Shown piece by piece: positions 20,134 to 31,294 of a stretch of 64,000 bases of DNA. The translations under genes were made by a program, and so were the position numbers. The notes under the pieces are model-generated. The model saw only the letters and a list, made by a program, of their open reading frames with translations. It made no database searches and was not told the origin of the DNA. Numbering within the stretch: the stretch's first letter is position 1; the number at the start of each line of letters is the position of its first letter. Where the stretch lies: the NCBI GenBank assembly GCA_050951805.1, contig JBMNJT010000003.1, positions 96,001 through 160,000 on the forward strand. Reading direction: 5' to 3'. This stretch comes from Bacillota bacterium (GTDB taxonomy: Bacteria > Bacillota > DTU025).

Positions 20134-21144
20134 ATGCGTGGCTATATCGGCGTCGACGTTGGATCGGTCAGTACGAACCTAGTCCTCATCGGAGATGATG
20201 ACGTCTTCATAGATTCGATCTATTTGAGAACCCGCGGAAACCCGATTGAGGCGGTGAAGGACGGTCTCCGGATGTTGAGGACGAAGCATTCCGAGTTCGA
20301 AGTGCTTGGGGCCGGCGCTACTGGAAGCGGTAGAAAACTTGCCGGTGTGATAGTCGGCGCCGACATTGTGAAGAACGAGATAACTGCTCATGCTGTGGCG
20401 GCCATGTCTGCCGTGCCTGGCGTGCAGAGCGTAATCGAGATCGGAGGGCAGGATTCGAAGATCATTCTCTTGCGTTCGGGAGTAGTCGTTGATTTTGGGA
20501 TGAACACCGTATGTGCTGCAGGAACTGGTTCGTTCCTCGAACACCAAGCGCAACGTCTTGGTGTGGCCATAGAGCAATTTGGCGACCTTGCGTGTGCCTC
20601 TCAGTCTCCGGTTCGAATTGCCGGAAGGTGCGCGGTCTTTGCCGAATCGGACATGATCCACAAGCAACAGGTCGGTCATTCGCTGCCGGACATTGTGAGT
20701 GGCCTCTGCGAGGCGCTGGTCCGCAACTACTTAAACAATGTGGCGAAGGGAAAGCAGATTCTGGCGCCCGCCGTTTTCCAGGGCGGAGTTGCCGCAAATA
20801 TCGGGATGAGGAGGGCTTTCGAGCGGGCGTTGGGGTACGAGGTGGTGGTGCCCGAGCATTTCGATGTGATGGGGGCGATAGGCGCGGCGATGTTGGCCCG
20901 GCGCCATATCGAATCGTCCAAAAGAAGCACGCTCTTTGCGGGATGGGAGGTTCCGGAGCAAACTTATACAACATCCTCCCGGGAATGCTCAGGGTGTCCA
21001 AATATGTGCGAGATCGTGGAGGTTGCACGTAACTCCGCCGTTGTTGCAAGGTGGGGCGGAAGGTGCGGAAAATGGGAGGATATGAGGAGGGCGGATCATG
21101 AGAATTGCGATCGTGACAGACAGCATAGCGGATCTCCCTGCTGA
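20134..21144 (+). CDS. 2-hydroxyacyl-CoA dehydratase activase (BadF/BadG/BcrA/BcrD ATPase)
   Basis: GVDVGSVST, EIGGQDSK, MNTVCAAGTGSFL, RCAVFAES, C-terminal CxxCxNxC...C. Confidence 0.9.
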   Translation: MRGYIGVDVGSVSTNLVLIGDDDVFIDSIYLRTRGNPIEAVKDGLRMLRTKHSEFEVLGAGATGSGRKLAGVIVGADIVKNEITAHAVAAMSAVPGVQSVIEIGGQDSKIILLRSGVVVDFGMNTVCAAGTGSFLEHQAQRLGVAIEQFGDLACASQSPVRIAGRCAVFAESDMIHKQQVGHSLPDIVSGLCEALVRNYLNNVAKGKQILAPAVFQGGVAANIGMRRAFERALGYEVVVPEHFDVMGAIGAAMLARRHIESSKRSTLFAGWEVPEQTYTTSSRECSGCPNMCEIVEVARNSAVVARWGGRCGKWEDMRRADHENCDRDRQHSGSPC

Positions 21145-21947
21145 TGTGGCCAGTGAAACGGGATTTTCGTGGTTCCCCTCCATGTGATCTTCGGGGAGAA
21201 ATCTTTCCTCGATGGCGTAGACCTTTCATCTCGGGAGTTCCTTCGCGAGACTTAAAGTTTCGGATGCGGCACCTTCTACGTCGCAACCTTCACCAGCCAG
21301 CTTCATCTCGCTCTATGATCGGCTGCTGAGGGAGTACGATTAAATTTTCTCCTTCCAAGCTGAGCGGGACCTTCCAATCTGCCTGCATAGCCAAGGACAC
21401 GTTGGAGAGGGGATCGACAGAGGTGATCGACACCCACCAGGCAACCATGTGCCAGGGGTTTGTAGCCCTTGCCGCGGCTAGGGCTGTGACGGCAGGGGCA
21501 GGACCGGATGGCCCAAGAGACGCAATATACCGGGGGATTAGCTCTGCAAGGCTCTTTTTCACCGTTGATACGCTGGAACACCTTGCGCGGCACGGACACA
21601 TAGGGAAGGCAGCGTCCATGCTAGGAACCATGATGTCTGTAAAGCCGATTGTCAGCATCATAGACGGTGAGGTGACGCCCGTGGCCAAGGCATACGGACG
21701 GGGGTCCATCTTGCCACGTGTTATCGAGCTCATGGGAGAGAAGATTGGACCAGCGCAGCCTATACATGCAGCCATAATCGATGCAGACTCCGCTGATAGG
21801 GCAGACGAATGGCGCGTGAAGATAGAGTCCCTCTTCAGTTGTCGTGAGATCATTATGACGGAGTGTGGTCCGGTGGTTGGGACACATGCTGGCCCCGGGG
21901 CCATCGGGGTGGCATGGGTTCCCTGCGGCGGAGCAGACTTGGAATAG
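21098..21947 (+). pseudogene. degV: DegV family fatty-acid binding protein, disrupted
   Basis: MRIAIVTDS, VVPLHVIFG, PSTSQPSP, SSKLSGT, GTHAGPG occur in different frames, with an in-frame TAA near 21341. Confidence 0.85.
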
Positions 21948-22167
21948 GCTTAAGCGTTTTTAGGACAGCCAGGTTTTAAACTCCAGACAAGGCGATCACG
22001 CAGATGGAATCCCTCAGCGCCGATGATTTGGGGGATAGATCAATTCTCATTTAAGGGATGAGGATCGCACGTTGCACCGCCGGGTCTTCTGTATTGGGCG
22101 GAGGGTGATGAAACGGGTCAGAACTTTCGGTGTATCGCTGCGGATAACGGCCCGTGTGCACTGCGGG

Positions 22168-22194
22168 TAAAAGTTTGCTTTGGCATGCCGATAA
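22168..22194 (+). promoter_or_regulatory. Sigma-28 (FliA/SigD) promoter of the MCP pair
   Basis: TAAA-N15-GCCGATAA. Confidence 0.8.
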
Positions 22195-22257
22195 TACTAA
22201 AGATCGATAAGTCTTAATGTTTGACATTGTGCTTTTGCATAGGGAGGCATAGAACAC

Positions 22258-24117
22258 ATGTTCAGCAAGATTCGGGGGAAGCTTCTGGCAAGCTTCCTTG
22301 CGGTTGCAGTGGTGATGGGAATCGCCACGGGGTTGCTCTACTTCGGGCTGGAGAGGTACGAAGTGGAGGTGCGCCGCCTTGCAACTGAGGAAATAATGGG
22401 TTTGAAAACTGCAGAATCGCTCAGAACTGCAGACCTGATGCTATCGAACGCGGTTTGCGGCATAATCTCTGATCCATATGAACCGATTTTTGCCGCTGCC
22501 TATGAAGATGCGTTGACGAAGATGGAGACCGCGACGCGGGAGGCTACAAGCCGATTCAAGTCGGGAAGGGAGAAGGAGATTGCAGCGGAGATTGCCGCAG
22601 GAAACGAGGAGCGTGAACGAGTTGAGCGGAAGATCATCGATTGCGCTTCCTTTGATCGGATTCAAGCTGCAGCGATATTTACTGAAGAATACAACCCTGT
22701 GAGGGTAAGGCGGGAACAGGTCCTGGATGAATTCGTCTCTTTGCAGGAAAGAAAGATAGAAGAAGCAGTGGAAAAGGCTGAGGCCGCAAGCGATGCCCTG
22801 CAGATGGCGGCGACTGTGTTGACAGGAGCAAGCGCGGCCTTGGCGGTCATCTTGGCGATGGCGGCATCGAGGAAGATCGCAGTTCCCGTAGTCCAGCTCA
22901 CAGCGGATGTGAAGCGTGTAGCTGAAGGGGATCTGACTGTTGAAACCCGTGTGAAGTCGAGGGATGAAATCGGAGACCTTGCGGACGCGTTCAACAGGAC
23001 GGTGGGTTCGTTGAGCGTTCTGGTGAGCGATGCCGTCAGTTCATCGGAGATTGTGGCAAGTGCGAGTCTGCAATTGTCATCGTCGATGCAGGAGTCTGCG
23101 GAGGCCATGCAACAGATATCCGACACGGTCCAGCAGATGGCCACCGCAGCTTTGCAGGGGAGTGATAGCGCAGAGCAGTCCGCGGCGGCTGCAGAGCAGC
23201 TGAGCATGGCTATCGGACAGGTTGCGGCGGGCGCTGAGTCGCAGACCACAAGTGTGCACGAGGCATCTGTGATGTTGGGAGACATGGGGACGGCGCTGGC
23301 CAAGTCCGCAAATGGCCTTGAGAATGTGAGTTCTGCCACAGAGAGCACCAAGGAGGCTGCGGCTGAAGGAAGTGCTGCCGTGAATTCCATGGTGACTAGT
23401 GTGGAAAGCGCGCGCGTTGAGGCGGCTCGGGTCAGTGATGCCGCGCGCGAACTGGATGAGAGCTCCCGGGAGATAGGAAGGATAGTCGAGGTAATCAGCG
23501 ATATTGCGGACCAAACCAACCTCCTCGCGCTCAATGCCGCCATCGAGGCTGCTAGAGCAGGGGAGCACGGACGTGGATTTGCTGTGGTGGCCGACGAAGT
23601 CAGAAAACTGGCAGAAAGGTCGCTTGCTGAGACTAAGGCCATTGCAGGCCTTGTGGAGGGGCTCAGGGATTCCACGGGCAGGGTCGTTACGGCGATAGAA
23701 GTCTCCAACGCTGCTACGGCGGAGGCTGCGGAGAATGCATCGGGGGCTACGGGCCTTCTCGAAAAAATCTTGGCAAATGCCAACGAGACCGCTACATACG
23801 TTCAGGAATTGGCTGCGTACGGGAATGATTTGATTACTGCTAGCGCTCGTCTTCAGAAAGCTGTCGAAGAGATCGTAATGGTAGCAGACGGCAATGCGGC
23901 AGCTGCCGAGGAAATGGAGGCGGGGGTCGGCGAGGTGAAGGCATCGATCGATTCGGTGGCTGCCGTATCCCAGGAGAATGCAGCGGCTGTAGAGGAAGTG
24001 TCGGCCGCTGCTTCAGAGGTGAGAGCATCGATCGAAAGCGTGGCAGAGTCGGCGGACGCTCTTGCGAAGATGGCTCGCAATCTGCGCGAAGCCGTATCTA
24101 AGTTCAAGGTGGGGTGA
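22258..24117 (+). CDS. Methyl-accepting chemotaxis protein (2 TM, HAMP)
   Basis: [38 protein letters not shown]; HAMP DEIGDLA. Confidence 0.95.
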   Translation: MFSKIRGKLLASFLAVAVVMGIATGLLYFGLERYEVEVRRLATEEIMGLKTAESLRTADLMLSNAVCGIISDPYEPIFAAAYEDALTKMETATREATSRFKSGREKEIAAEIAAGNEERERVERKIIDCASFDRIQAAAIFTEEYNPVRVRREQVLDEFVSLQERKIEEAVEKAEAASDALQMAATVLTGASAALAVILAMAASRKIAVPVVQLTADVKRVAEGDLTVETRVKSRDEIGDLADAFNRTVGSLSVLVSDAVSSSEIVASASLQLSSSMQESAEAMQQISDTVQQMATAALQGSDSAEQSAAAAEQLSMAIGQVAAGAESQTTSVHEASVMLGDMGTALAKSANGLENVSSATESTKEAAAEGSAAVNSMVTSVESARVEAARVSDAARELDESSREIGRIVEVISDIADQTNLLALNAAIEAARAGEHGRGFAVVADEVRKLAERSLAETKAIAGLVEGLRDSTGRVVTAIEVSNAATAEAAENASGATGLLEKILANANETATYVQELAAYGNDLITASARLQKAVEEIVMVADGNAAAAEEMEAGVGEVKASIDSVAAVSQENAAAVEEVSAAASEVRASIESVAESADALAKMARNLREAVSKFKVG

Positions 24118-24211
24118 TAGGTTCTTCTTTCATTTAGCATGAGTCTATATCTTCGGTCATGTCCATGTTCGGCAAGGGGATGAACATGGCGCCAACTGAG
24201 GAGGGTCGCGC

Positions 24212-26071
24212 TTGTTCAAGCATACCAAGGCTAAGCTTTTGGTGACGTTTTTGCTTGTGGTTGTCTTTGTCCTCATTGGGAATGTCATGATGTATCTGCA
24301 GCTTGCGAATTACGACAGGAACATGACACAAGTCGTAGACGAGGAGTTATTATCGCTTCAGCTAGTCGAATCGCTCAGGGCGTATGATCTTGAGGCGGCG
24401 AATGCCATAAGCGGATTGATAATCGATCCTGGCAATGCCGGATTCCAGCGGGATTATGATGTGGCGTGGGAGAAGACGGAGAATGCTATGCGCGCTGCCG
24501 CCAGGCGTCTTACAAGGCCGGAGCTGGTCGAGGCGTTGTCGGAAGTGGACGAGCTTGGCAAGTCCATGTCGACGGTGGCAGTATCCGTAACGGGCATGGC
24601 GGGGCTCAGCCCCGAGATGGCACTGTCGATATTTTCAGACACGTACGAGCCGGTAAGGCGGCAAAGGGCTGAGATCCTTGATGGATTGGTGCGCGCGGAA
24701 CGGGACCACATAGGGCGACAGATAGCTAGTTCCAAGGCCAGCGTGAAGCGAGGGACACTTGTTGCGAGTCTCGTTTCGGCGATAGGGATCGCTGCCGCGG
24801 TTGCCATGGCGCTCAGGGTGTCGAGGGCTGTGTCGGAACCTGTGGAGCGCCTTACGAATGCTGTCAACAAGGTGGCGGAGGGAGACCTGACGGTTCAGTC
24901 CGATGTTGATTCCCGGGATGAACTGGGCCATTTGGCGCAGGCTTTCAACAAGACGGTGGAAAGTTTACGGGAGATTGTAGGCAAGGCGCTGGACGTTTCG
25001 CAGCAGGTGGCTGCGGCAAGCGTCCAGCTGTCTGCATCAGTGGAACAGTCTGCGGATTCGGTGCGGCAGATTGCCGACACGGCCCAGCAGATATCGGCAG
25101 GCGCAAAACAGCAGAGCAGGAGCGCTGGGGAGACTGCAAATGCGGCTGAGGCTCTCATGCCCACTGTGGAGCGGGTTGCGGTGTGTGCTCGCGGGCAGAC
25201 GAATAGTGTGGGCCGGGGCTCTGCTGCGGTCGATGAGATGCGTTCATCGATCGCACAATCTTTGGAGGGCCTAAAACGGGTGAGCTCCGCTGCGCAAGGT
25301 GTGGGCGAGGCAGCCAGGGAAGGCAGCACTGCCACGCGGGACATGGCGACTAGTGTAAACCTCGCCCGTCGTGAATCTGCAAGGGTGTCGGAGGCGGCAC
25401 GGGATCTCGATTCGAGTTCCAAGGAGATTAGAAGGATTGTGGAGGTGATAAATGATATTGCGGACCAGACTAATCTCCTGGCGCTGAATGCCGCCATAGA
25501 GGCCGCAAGGGCAGGAGAGCATGGACGCGGGTTTGCTGTGGTTGCGGACGAGATTCGGAAACTGGCGGAGAGATCTTTGGCTGAAACCAAAGCCATTGCC
25601 AAGCTCGTGGAGGATCTGGGAAGATCCACAGAAAAGGTGGCCGAGGCGATCGGCGGGTCCGATTCAGCCACTGCGGAGGTGTCCGAGAGCGTAGATCGGA
25701 CCATGGAGGTTCTCAATCGGATTATCTTAGGCGTACAGGAGAGTGTAGAGCTCATCGAGGCGTTATCGGAGACTGCGGGCTCTCTCGAAGGTTCGAGTGA
25801 CCGGGTGCGGAGGGCCATGGCGGAGATCGTGGCAGCATCGGACAGTAGTCTGAAGGCTGCGGAGGATATGAATGTCGGCATAGGACAGGTGAAGGAATCT
25901 ATTGATGCTGTTGCCGCGGTATCCTTTGAAAACGTGGCGGCGGTGCAGGAGGTCACGGCGTCGACTGAGGAGGTCGATGCGGCAATCAGGGAGATGCAGG
26001 CGTCTTCCCAGGCGCTAGCGGACATTGCGGCGGGGTTGGAGGAGCTGATCTCCGGGTTCAAGCTAACATAG
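24212..26071 (+). CDS. Methyl-accepting chemotaxis protein, tandem paralog
   Basis: Same signalling motif and same length (619 aa) as the upstream MCP. Confidence 0.95.
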   Translation: MFKHTKAKLLVTFLLVVVFVLIGNVMMYLQLANYDRNMTQVVDEELLSLQLVESLRAYDLEAANAISGLIIDPGNAGFQRDYDVAWEKTENAMRAAARRLTRPELVEALSEVDELGKSMSTVAVSVTGMAGLSPEMALSIFSDTYEPVRRQRAEILDGLVRAERDHIGRQIASSKASVKRGTLVASLVSAIGIAAAVAMALRVSRAVSEPVERLTNAVNKVAEGDLTVQSDVDSRDELGHLAQAFNKTVESLREIVGKALDVSQQVAAASVQLSASVEQSADSVRQIADTAQQISAGAKQQSRSAGETANAAEALMPTVERVAVCARGQTNSVGRGSAAVDEMRSSIAQSLEGLKRVSSAAQGVGEAAREGSTATRDMATSVNLARRESARVSEAARDLDSSSKEIRRIVEVINDIADQTNLLALNAAIEAARAGEHGRGFAVVADEIRKLAERSLAETKAIAKLVEDLGRSTEKVAEAIGGSDSATAEVSESVDRTMEVLNRIILGVQESVELIEALSETAGSLEGSSDRVRRAMAEIVAASDSSLKAAEDMNVGIGQVKESIDAVAAVSFENVAAVQEVTASTEEVDAAIREMQASSQALADIAAGLEELISGFKLT

Positions 26072-26379
26072 CGATGTCTCCTCCCCGCCCACATGGCATG
26101 TAGTCTGATGGCCAAAAGCCTGCCGCTACCGTGCATCGCCCGTGATGCGTGTTGCGGTGGGCTTTCTGTTGATGCGGGCATGTACGGGTGGGGCGGCAGT
26201 TGCGGGTGCCGGTTGTAGAACTTGTGGAAAGGACGCAAAGACTCTGGCCAGGTTTGACAACCGCAAACCCTGGGATGTGCATGGCCTGTAGGGAAAGCGT
26301 GGGTGGCTATAGAATACATATCCATGCGGAATGCGATGGGCCGGCAACGCTCATCAGGGTGGCATATGGGGGTCATTCT

Positions 26380-27060
26380 ATGCGGGTTATTGCCGTCTCA
26401 GGGCTTCATCGGACGGGAAAAACTACGACTGTGGAGCATATTGTGGGCGAGCTTGTCAGGCGGGGCTATGCGGTGGGCACCATCAAGACCATCCACCGGG
26501 AGGGGTTTTCCGTCGACACTCCGGGCAAGAACACACACAGGCACAGACGGGCGGGTGCGAAAATTGCGGCGGCGCTAAGTCCGGGGGAGACTGCCGTCAT
26601 CATCGACGGCAAGCTCAGTTTCGAGGATCTTTTCAGATACTACGACACGGACTGGATCATTATCGAAGGGGCGCATGAGGCGCCATTTCCGAAGATAGTG
26701 TGCGCCCGCACTGAGCACGACATAGAAGAACGTGTCGATGAACATACTTTCCTCATATGCGGCGAGGTTGCCTCCGCGATTTCGAGCTGGCGGGGGATTC
26801 CCGTGCTCGACGCGACTTCCAGGATCGGGGAGGTTGTTGACATGGTCGAATCTCGGGTGCCGGAAGGTGCAGACAGGAAGATGATTGATCCTGCGGCGTA
26901 CCATGGTTTCAAGACTGCGGTCTACGTTGACGGAAAAGAGATTCCCATGGTCCCGTTTGTTCAGGATTTCGTCGCCCGGACTATCCTCGGCATGCTCTCA
27001 TCGCTCAGGGGTTATGAGACCGGGAGTGAAGTGAGGGTGGAGATAAGGCGGGGCGAGTAG
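26380..27060 (+). CDS. mobB: Molybdopterin-guanine dinucleotide biosynthesis protein B
   Basis: VIAVSGLHRTGKTT, GTIK, DTPGKNTHRH, IIEG; C-terminal VDGKEIPMVPFVQ extension. Confidence 0.85.
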   Translation: MRVIAVSGLHRTGKTTTVEHIVGELVRRGYAVGTIKTIHREGFSVDTPGKNTHRHRRAGAKIAAALSPGETAVIIDGKLSFEDLFRYYDTDWIIIEGAHEAPFPKIVCARTEHDIEERVDEHTFLICGEVASAISSWRGIPVLDATSRIGEVVDMVESRVPEGADRKMIDPAAYHGFKTAVYVDGKEIPMVPFVQDFVARTILGMLSSLRGYETGSEVRVEIRRGE

Positions 27061-27063
27061 ACT

Positions 27064-27894
27064 ATGGGCTGCAGCGATGGCGATGTCGTCAGGGCACTGG
27101 TGCCGATTCTTGGCGACAGGGCCCGGGATGTGCGAGTCATTACCGACTTGTCCACCAAGAAAAGCAGGGCTTTTCTCCTCTGCCTCCCTGAGGACGGTCC
27201 GGCGCGCGAATGTGTGATGGTGGCGAAGATATATAGGGATGAGGGGCGTGCCCTTAGAGAGGCCGAAGTTCTTGCGGCGTTGGAGTCGGCAGGTGTGGCT
27301 GTCCCTGCGGCCTGCGGGGCTACGCCTACTGTCCTTTTGAGAAGATACGTTTACGGCCCCGTTCTGCGCGATGTACACTGGACTTTGGAGCTTGCCAGAA
27401 AACTTGGGGCGTGGCTTTACTCGTGCCACGAGGCTTTACGATTGGCCCCGCAAGGCGTCGGCGGCTACGGCCGCACGCGACTTGTGGGGGATATGAATCT
27501 TAGCAATTTCGTCATCGATGTGGCGCAGGCGGACGGGGATGAAGCGGTTGCCTGGCGCGATTGCGGCACGCGGGGGATTGTGTGCGGGATCGATTTCGGA
27601 GATACGCGCGTGGGGGATCCGCTGGAGGATGTGGGTGAGGGGTTCATGCGGATCTTGAGCCACAGGCCGGGCTACACCATGGAGAGGCAGGCGTGCGCGG
27701 CCGCGTTCGTGTGGGAGTATGGAAGGCTTTCCGGGGCGGGGGATATGGTGTGGTCTGAGGTTGAACGCCACGTCCTCGCGGCTTTCCGGAGAGTGGCGGC
27801 ATGGCGCAGGGATCCATTTATGAACGATGTAGCAGAGGCCGTTGGGGCCATGTGGGGATCAGGCACCCCCCAGATTGATTGGGATGGGGTATAA
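27064..27894 (+). CDS. APH/choline-kinase-like phosphotransferase
   Basis: VAK, GDMNLSNF, IDFGD, GDPLED. Confidence 0.75.
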   Translation: MGCSDGDVVRALVPILGDRARDVRVITDLSTKKSRAFLLCLPEDGPARECVMVAKIYRDEGRALREAEVLAALESAGVAVPAACGATPTVLLRRYVYGPVLRDVHWTLELARKLGAWLYSCHEALRLAPQGVGGYGRTRLVGDMNLSNFVIDVAQADGDEAVAWRDCGTRGIVCGIDFGDTRVGDPLEDVGEGFMRILSHRPGYTMERQACAAAFVWEYGRLSGAGDMVWSEVERHVLAAFRRVAAWRRDPFMNDVAEAVGAMWGSGTPQIDWDGV

Positions 27895-27919
27895 AGTCTT
27901 TGGCGCCTTTGGTCGATAA
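27892..27919 (+). promoter_or_regulatory. Sigma-28 promoter of cheX
   Basis: TAAA-N16-GTCGATAA. Confidence 0.65.
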
Positions 27920-27948
27920 GTAATAGTGAACGGAACGGGGGGCGGCGT

Positions 27949-28410
27949 ATGAAAGCGGAATTTATAAATCCTTTTGCGTCGGCGGTGATGATGGTCTTTC
28001 AAAAGGAATTCGGCATGAATGTCATGCGTGAACAGCTTGATCTCCATTCGAAAGGTCCTCTTACGGGCTCGGATGTGAACACGATCATCGGTGTCACTGG
28101 CCAGTTGGAGGGGCAGGTCATATACACCTTCGAGGAAGGGGTTGCTATTCGCATAGCTTCTGCCTTGGTGGGGGAGACCGTAGAAGAGTTGGACGAGATG
28201 GCGAAAAGTGCTGTGGCTGAACTGACGAATATCATGACTGGAAATGCGGCTATTTCTCTTTCGGAAAACGGGTACAGCTGTGTGCTGACCCCTCCTACTT
28301 TGCTAACCGGCAAGGAATTGATAGTGACTACTTTCACTCCAATCCTTACTATCCCATTCATGACTGACTTCGGCACTGTCACTGTGCACGTGGCGCTCAG
28401 GGAAAAGTGA
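27949..28410 (+). CDS. cheX: Chemotaxis phosphatase CheX
   Basis: EFINPF, IIGVTG, SAVAELTNIMTGNA, TPPT. Confidence 0.92.
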   Translation: MKAEFINPFASAVMMVFQKEFGMNVMREQLDLHSKGPLTGSDVNTIIGVTGQLEGQVIYTFEEGVAIRIASALVGETVEELDEMAKSAVAELTNIMTGNAAISLSENGYSCVLTPPTLLTGKELIVTTFTPILTIPFMTDFGTVTVHVALREK

Positions 28411-28455
28411 GCAATTATTGCACAGTTCGAGAAATAAATGCATGACCAAGATGAA

Positions 28456-28484
28456 AGGCGCTCCCCTGAGGGGAGCGCCTGTTT
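28456..28484 (+). terminator. Intrinsic terminator after cheX
   Basis: aggcgctcccc-tga-ggggagcgcct followed by gttt. Confidence 0.7.
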
Positions 28485-28632
28485 GCCGCATATAGCTGGC
28501 CTATGGCTGGTTGACTTCCTGTGGCATGCATCTTGCTTACGTATATTGTAGGGCGGTAATGCCCACTTCAGTATATCGGAGGTTCCGTGCCGGTTCTCTG
28601 AGACGCTTGACGCGGGATCTGGGAAGGGAGGG

Positions 28633-29370
28633 ATGTTTTTGCTGAGGGGCATCTATTCTGCGGCTTGTGGCATGAGAGCTCAGGAAACGAGGCAGTCCTT
28701 GATCACCAACAACTTGGCTAATGTGGCGACCCCCGGCTTCAAAAGGGATGTCGGGGTTGGGGAGTCTTTCTCGGAGATGGTTGTGAGGTCGGGAAGGACG
28801 CCGGTGGGGCGCCTTGGGATGACAAGCGCTATAACTTCTGCCTATTTTGACATGTCGGAGGGCTCGGTCTCCAATACGGACTGTCCCTACGATTTTGCCA
28901 TTGAGGGCGACGGGTTTTTCGCTGTGGAGACCGACTGGGGAATCAGGTACACCCGGGCTGGCAATTTTAAGCTCGATGCCGATTCGTACTTGGTTACGAT
29001 GGAAGGTCACAGGGTCTTGGGAGATGATGGTCCGATCCGTGTTGATGGGCAGCTAGTTGCAGGTTCGGACGGCGTCCTTTACGCGGACGGTCGGGAGATC
29101 GGCAGGCTTTTGGTGGTGATGCCTTCGTCCCCGGATGCGCTGACGAAGGAAGGCGGGGGACTCTTTGCCGCCAGGGGAGAGGTGATTCCAGCAGGAACCG
29201 GACAGGTTCGGGTGATCCAGGGGGCTTTGGAGCTTTCGAATGTCAGTGTTGTGCGGGAGATGGTCGAGATGATAGCCGGTTATCGGGTTTACGAGGCCGC
29301 GCAACGGGCATTGCTTTCCCACGACGCATGTCTTGACAGGGCCATTAACGAGGTGGGAAGGGTAGGTTAG
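28633..29370 (+). CDS. flgF: Flagellar basal-body rod protein FlgF/FlhO-type
   Basis: NNLANVATPGFK, YTRAGNF, LELSNVSVVREMV. Confidence 0.85.
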   Translation: MFLLRGIYSAACGMRAQETRQSLITNNLANVATPGFKRDVGVGESFSEMVVRSGRTPVGRLGMTSAITSAYFDMSEGSVSNTDCPYDFAIEGDGFFAVETDWGIRYTRAGNFKLDADSYLVTMEGHRVLGDDGPIRVDGQLVAGSDGVLYADGREIGRLLVVMPSSPDALTKEGGGLFAARGEVIPAGTGQVRVIQGALELSNVSVVREMVEMIAGYRVYEAAQRALLSHDACLDRAINEVGRVG

Positions 29371-29520
29371 TCTGCCGCATTGGGTGATGGCAACCCGGGG
29401 CGGCGAGGGACGTGCTTTGGACGAAAATCAAGATCTAATCTATGCGGCCGGACCGCGCAGCGGGGGCCGCGGGCTGCTGAATGACGGAGGCAGCCCACAC
29501 AAAAGAAGGAGTGAATTGCC

Positions 29521-30309
29521 ATGATGAGGGCGCTTTGGAGTGCGGCCACCGGAATGCATGCCAAGCAGCTTGACATGGATGTTATCGCAAACAACCTTGC
29601 CAACGTGAACAGCGCGGGATACAAGAAGAGCAGGGTTGACTTCCAAGACCTGATGTATCAGACCATCAGGAGCGCGGGCAGCACTGTTGCTCAAGGGTCG
29701 AGGGTGCCCACAGGCATCCAAGTGGGACTGGGAACCAGGGCTGCTGCGATTCAAAAAGTCTTTTCACAAGGCGACTTCGTTCAGACGGAAAACCCCCTTG
29801 ACATGGTGATTGAAGGGGACGGCTTCTTCCAGGTGCTCATGCCTGACGGGTCAATCGCCTACACGCGCACGGGCGCATTCAAGCTCGATGCCGACGGAAG
29901 GATTGTCACGTCCGATGGGTATGTGATGGAGCCGGAAATCGTCGTTCCCGACAATGCGGTGAGCATCTCGATTGGAACTGACGGGACTGTGTCGGTGGAG
30001 ATCGCAGGGGAGAATGAGCCTCAGGAGCTAGGCAGCATCGAACTGGCTCGTTTTCTCAATCCCGGAGGCCTGACGTCGATGGGGCGCAACCTGTACAGGC
30101 CTACTGCCGCTTCTGGCGAGCCTATTATTGGTACGCCTGGCCTTGACGGCATGGGCACGGTTGCACAGCAATTCCTGGAGATGTCCAATGTCAAGATAGT
30201 CGAAGAGATGGTCAATATGATCATTGCTCAAAGGGCGTACGAAGTGAACTCCAGGGCTATCCAGGCTTCTGATGACATGCTCGCCACGGCCACGAATCTC
30301 AGGCGTTAG
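29521..30309 (+). CDS. flgG: Flagellar distal rod protein
   Basis: [38 protein letters not shown]. Confidence 0.95.
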   Translation: MMRALWSAATGMHAKQLDMDVIANNLANVNSAGYKKSRVDFQDLMYQTIRSAGSTVAQGSRVPTGIQVGLGTRAAAIQKVFSQGDFVQTENPLDMVIEGDGFFQVLMPDGSIAYTRTGAFKLDADGRIVTSDGYVMEPEIVVPDNAVSISIGTDGTVSVEIAGENEPQELGSIELARFLNPGGLTSMGRNLYRPTAASGEPIIGTPGLDGMGTVAQQFLEMSNVKIVEEMVNMIIAQRAYEVNSRAIQASDDMLATATNLRR

Positions 30310-30331
30310 CCACGGGCGGGGCTGATCTGAA

Positions 30332-31294
30332 ATGAAGTGCGCAATCCCAAAGCTCGGGGGGCCGATGCCGGCGGCTGGCCGCGAAGCGACCGGCTGGTTG
30401 CTGCTTGCGATCCTCGTGGCTGTGGTATCGGCGGCGGTTGTCACTTCCGGCGGAGTCGCGATGGCGTCTGCAAATGAGGCGGTTGACGATGTGCATTGGC
30501 TTTCTGGGCCTGATCCGACGTTTGGATCTGAGGGAACGGTGCCGGCGCCGTCCGACTATGCTGACATGACTATCGAGCTGTTGCCTTCTGCCTGCAGTGA
30601 AGGTCCGCAGATCCTCCTAGGCGAGATCGCTGTGGTGCACGTCGAAGATGACGCGCTCCGGGAAGCCCTTCGATCGCTGGAGGTAGGTTCTGCACCCCTT
30701 CCTGGGTCATCCCGCAAGGTCAATCTCGGGCAGGTGCAGGTGAGGATGAGGGCGCGGAAGATAGACCCTGCGAAGTTCGTCTTTGTCGGGGCGCCTGAAG
30801 TTGCGGTTGCGGCGGCGGCGAGGCGGATTGCTGCGTCCGACATAGAGGCTGCTGCGATCGACGCTGTATGCGTTTTCACTGGACATGCTCTGTCTCCCTC
30901 TGATTTCAGGGTGGCCAGGACCGATGCGCCTCAAGGGATGCTTGTCCCGCCGGGCGAGTTGCGGCTTGAGGCGCAGGTGGCGCAGACAGGCGCGGATGTG
31001 GCTTTTGTGAGGGTGAGGGTGCGGGCGATAGTCGACGGCGTGGAGGCTAGGAGCGTGTTGGTTTGGTTGGAGATAACTGCGCCTTCCGCGGTCAAGCAGC
31101 TTGCGGATGTGACTTTGATGGCCCAGACCGGGGATGTGCGGGTTAGTGTGCCCGCGGTGGCACTCCAGGATGGCCGTCCCGGGCAGAGAATACGTGTTAA
31201 GAATGCTGTCACCGGAGTTGTTGTTTGGGCGCGCGTTATGGATTCGCAGACTGTTACGGTGTGCGCCGCAGATATGGAGGGATCGCCGTGGTGA
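30332..31294 (+). CDS. flgA: P-ring formation chaperone
   Basis: C-terminal ALQDGRPGQRIRVKN; position between flgG and flgH. Confidence 0.8.
   Translation: MKCAIPKLGGPMPAAGREATGWLLLAILVAVVSAAVVTSGGVAMASANEAVDDVHWLSGPDPTFGSEGTVPAPSDYADMTIELLPSACSEGPQILLGEIAVVHVEDDALREALRSLEVGSAPLPGSSRKVNLGQVQVRMRARKIDPAKFVFVGAPEVAVAAAARRIAASDIEAAAIDAVCVFTGHALSPSDFRVARTDAPQGMLVPPGELRLEAQVAQTGADVAFVRVRVRAIVDGVEARSVLVWLEITAPSAVKQLADVTLMAQTGDVRVSVPAVALQDGRPGQRIRVKNAVTGVVVWARVMDSQTVTVCAADMEGSPW

Noticed and set aside
22662-26376. Long antisense ORFs over the MCP genes (also over flg/che/fliC)
   Set aside because: Shadow frames typical of GC-rich coding DNA; no motifs or RBS.
26072-26379. Moco/tungsten riboswitch upstream of mobB
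   Set aside because: GC-rich pairing is possible, but the conserved motif elements were not found.
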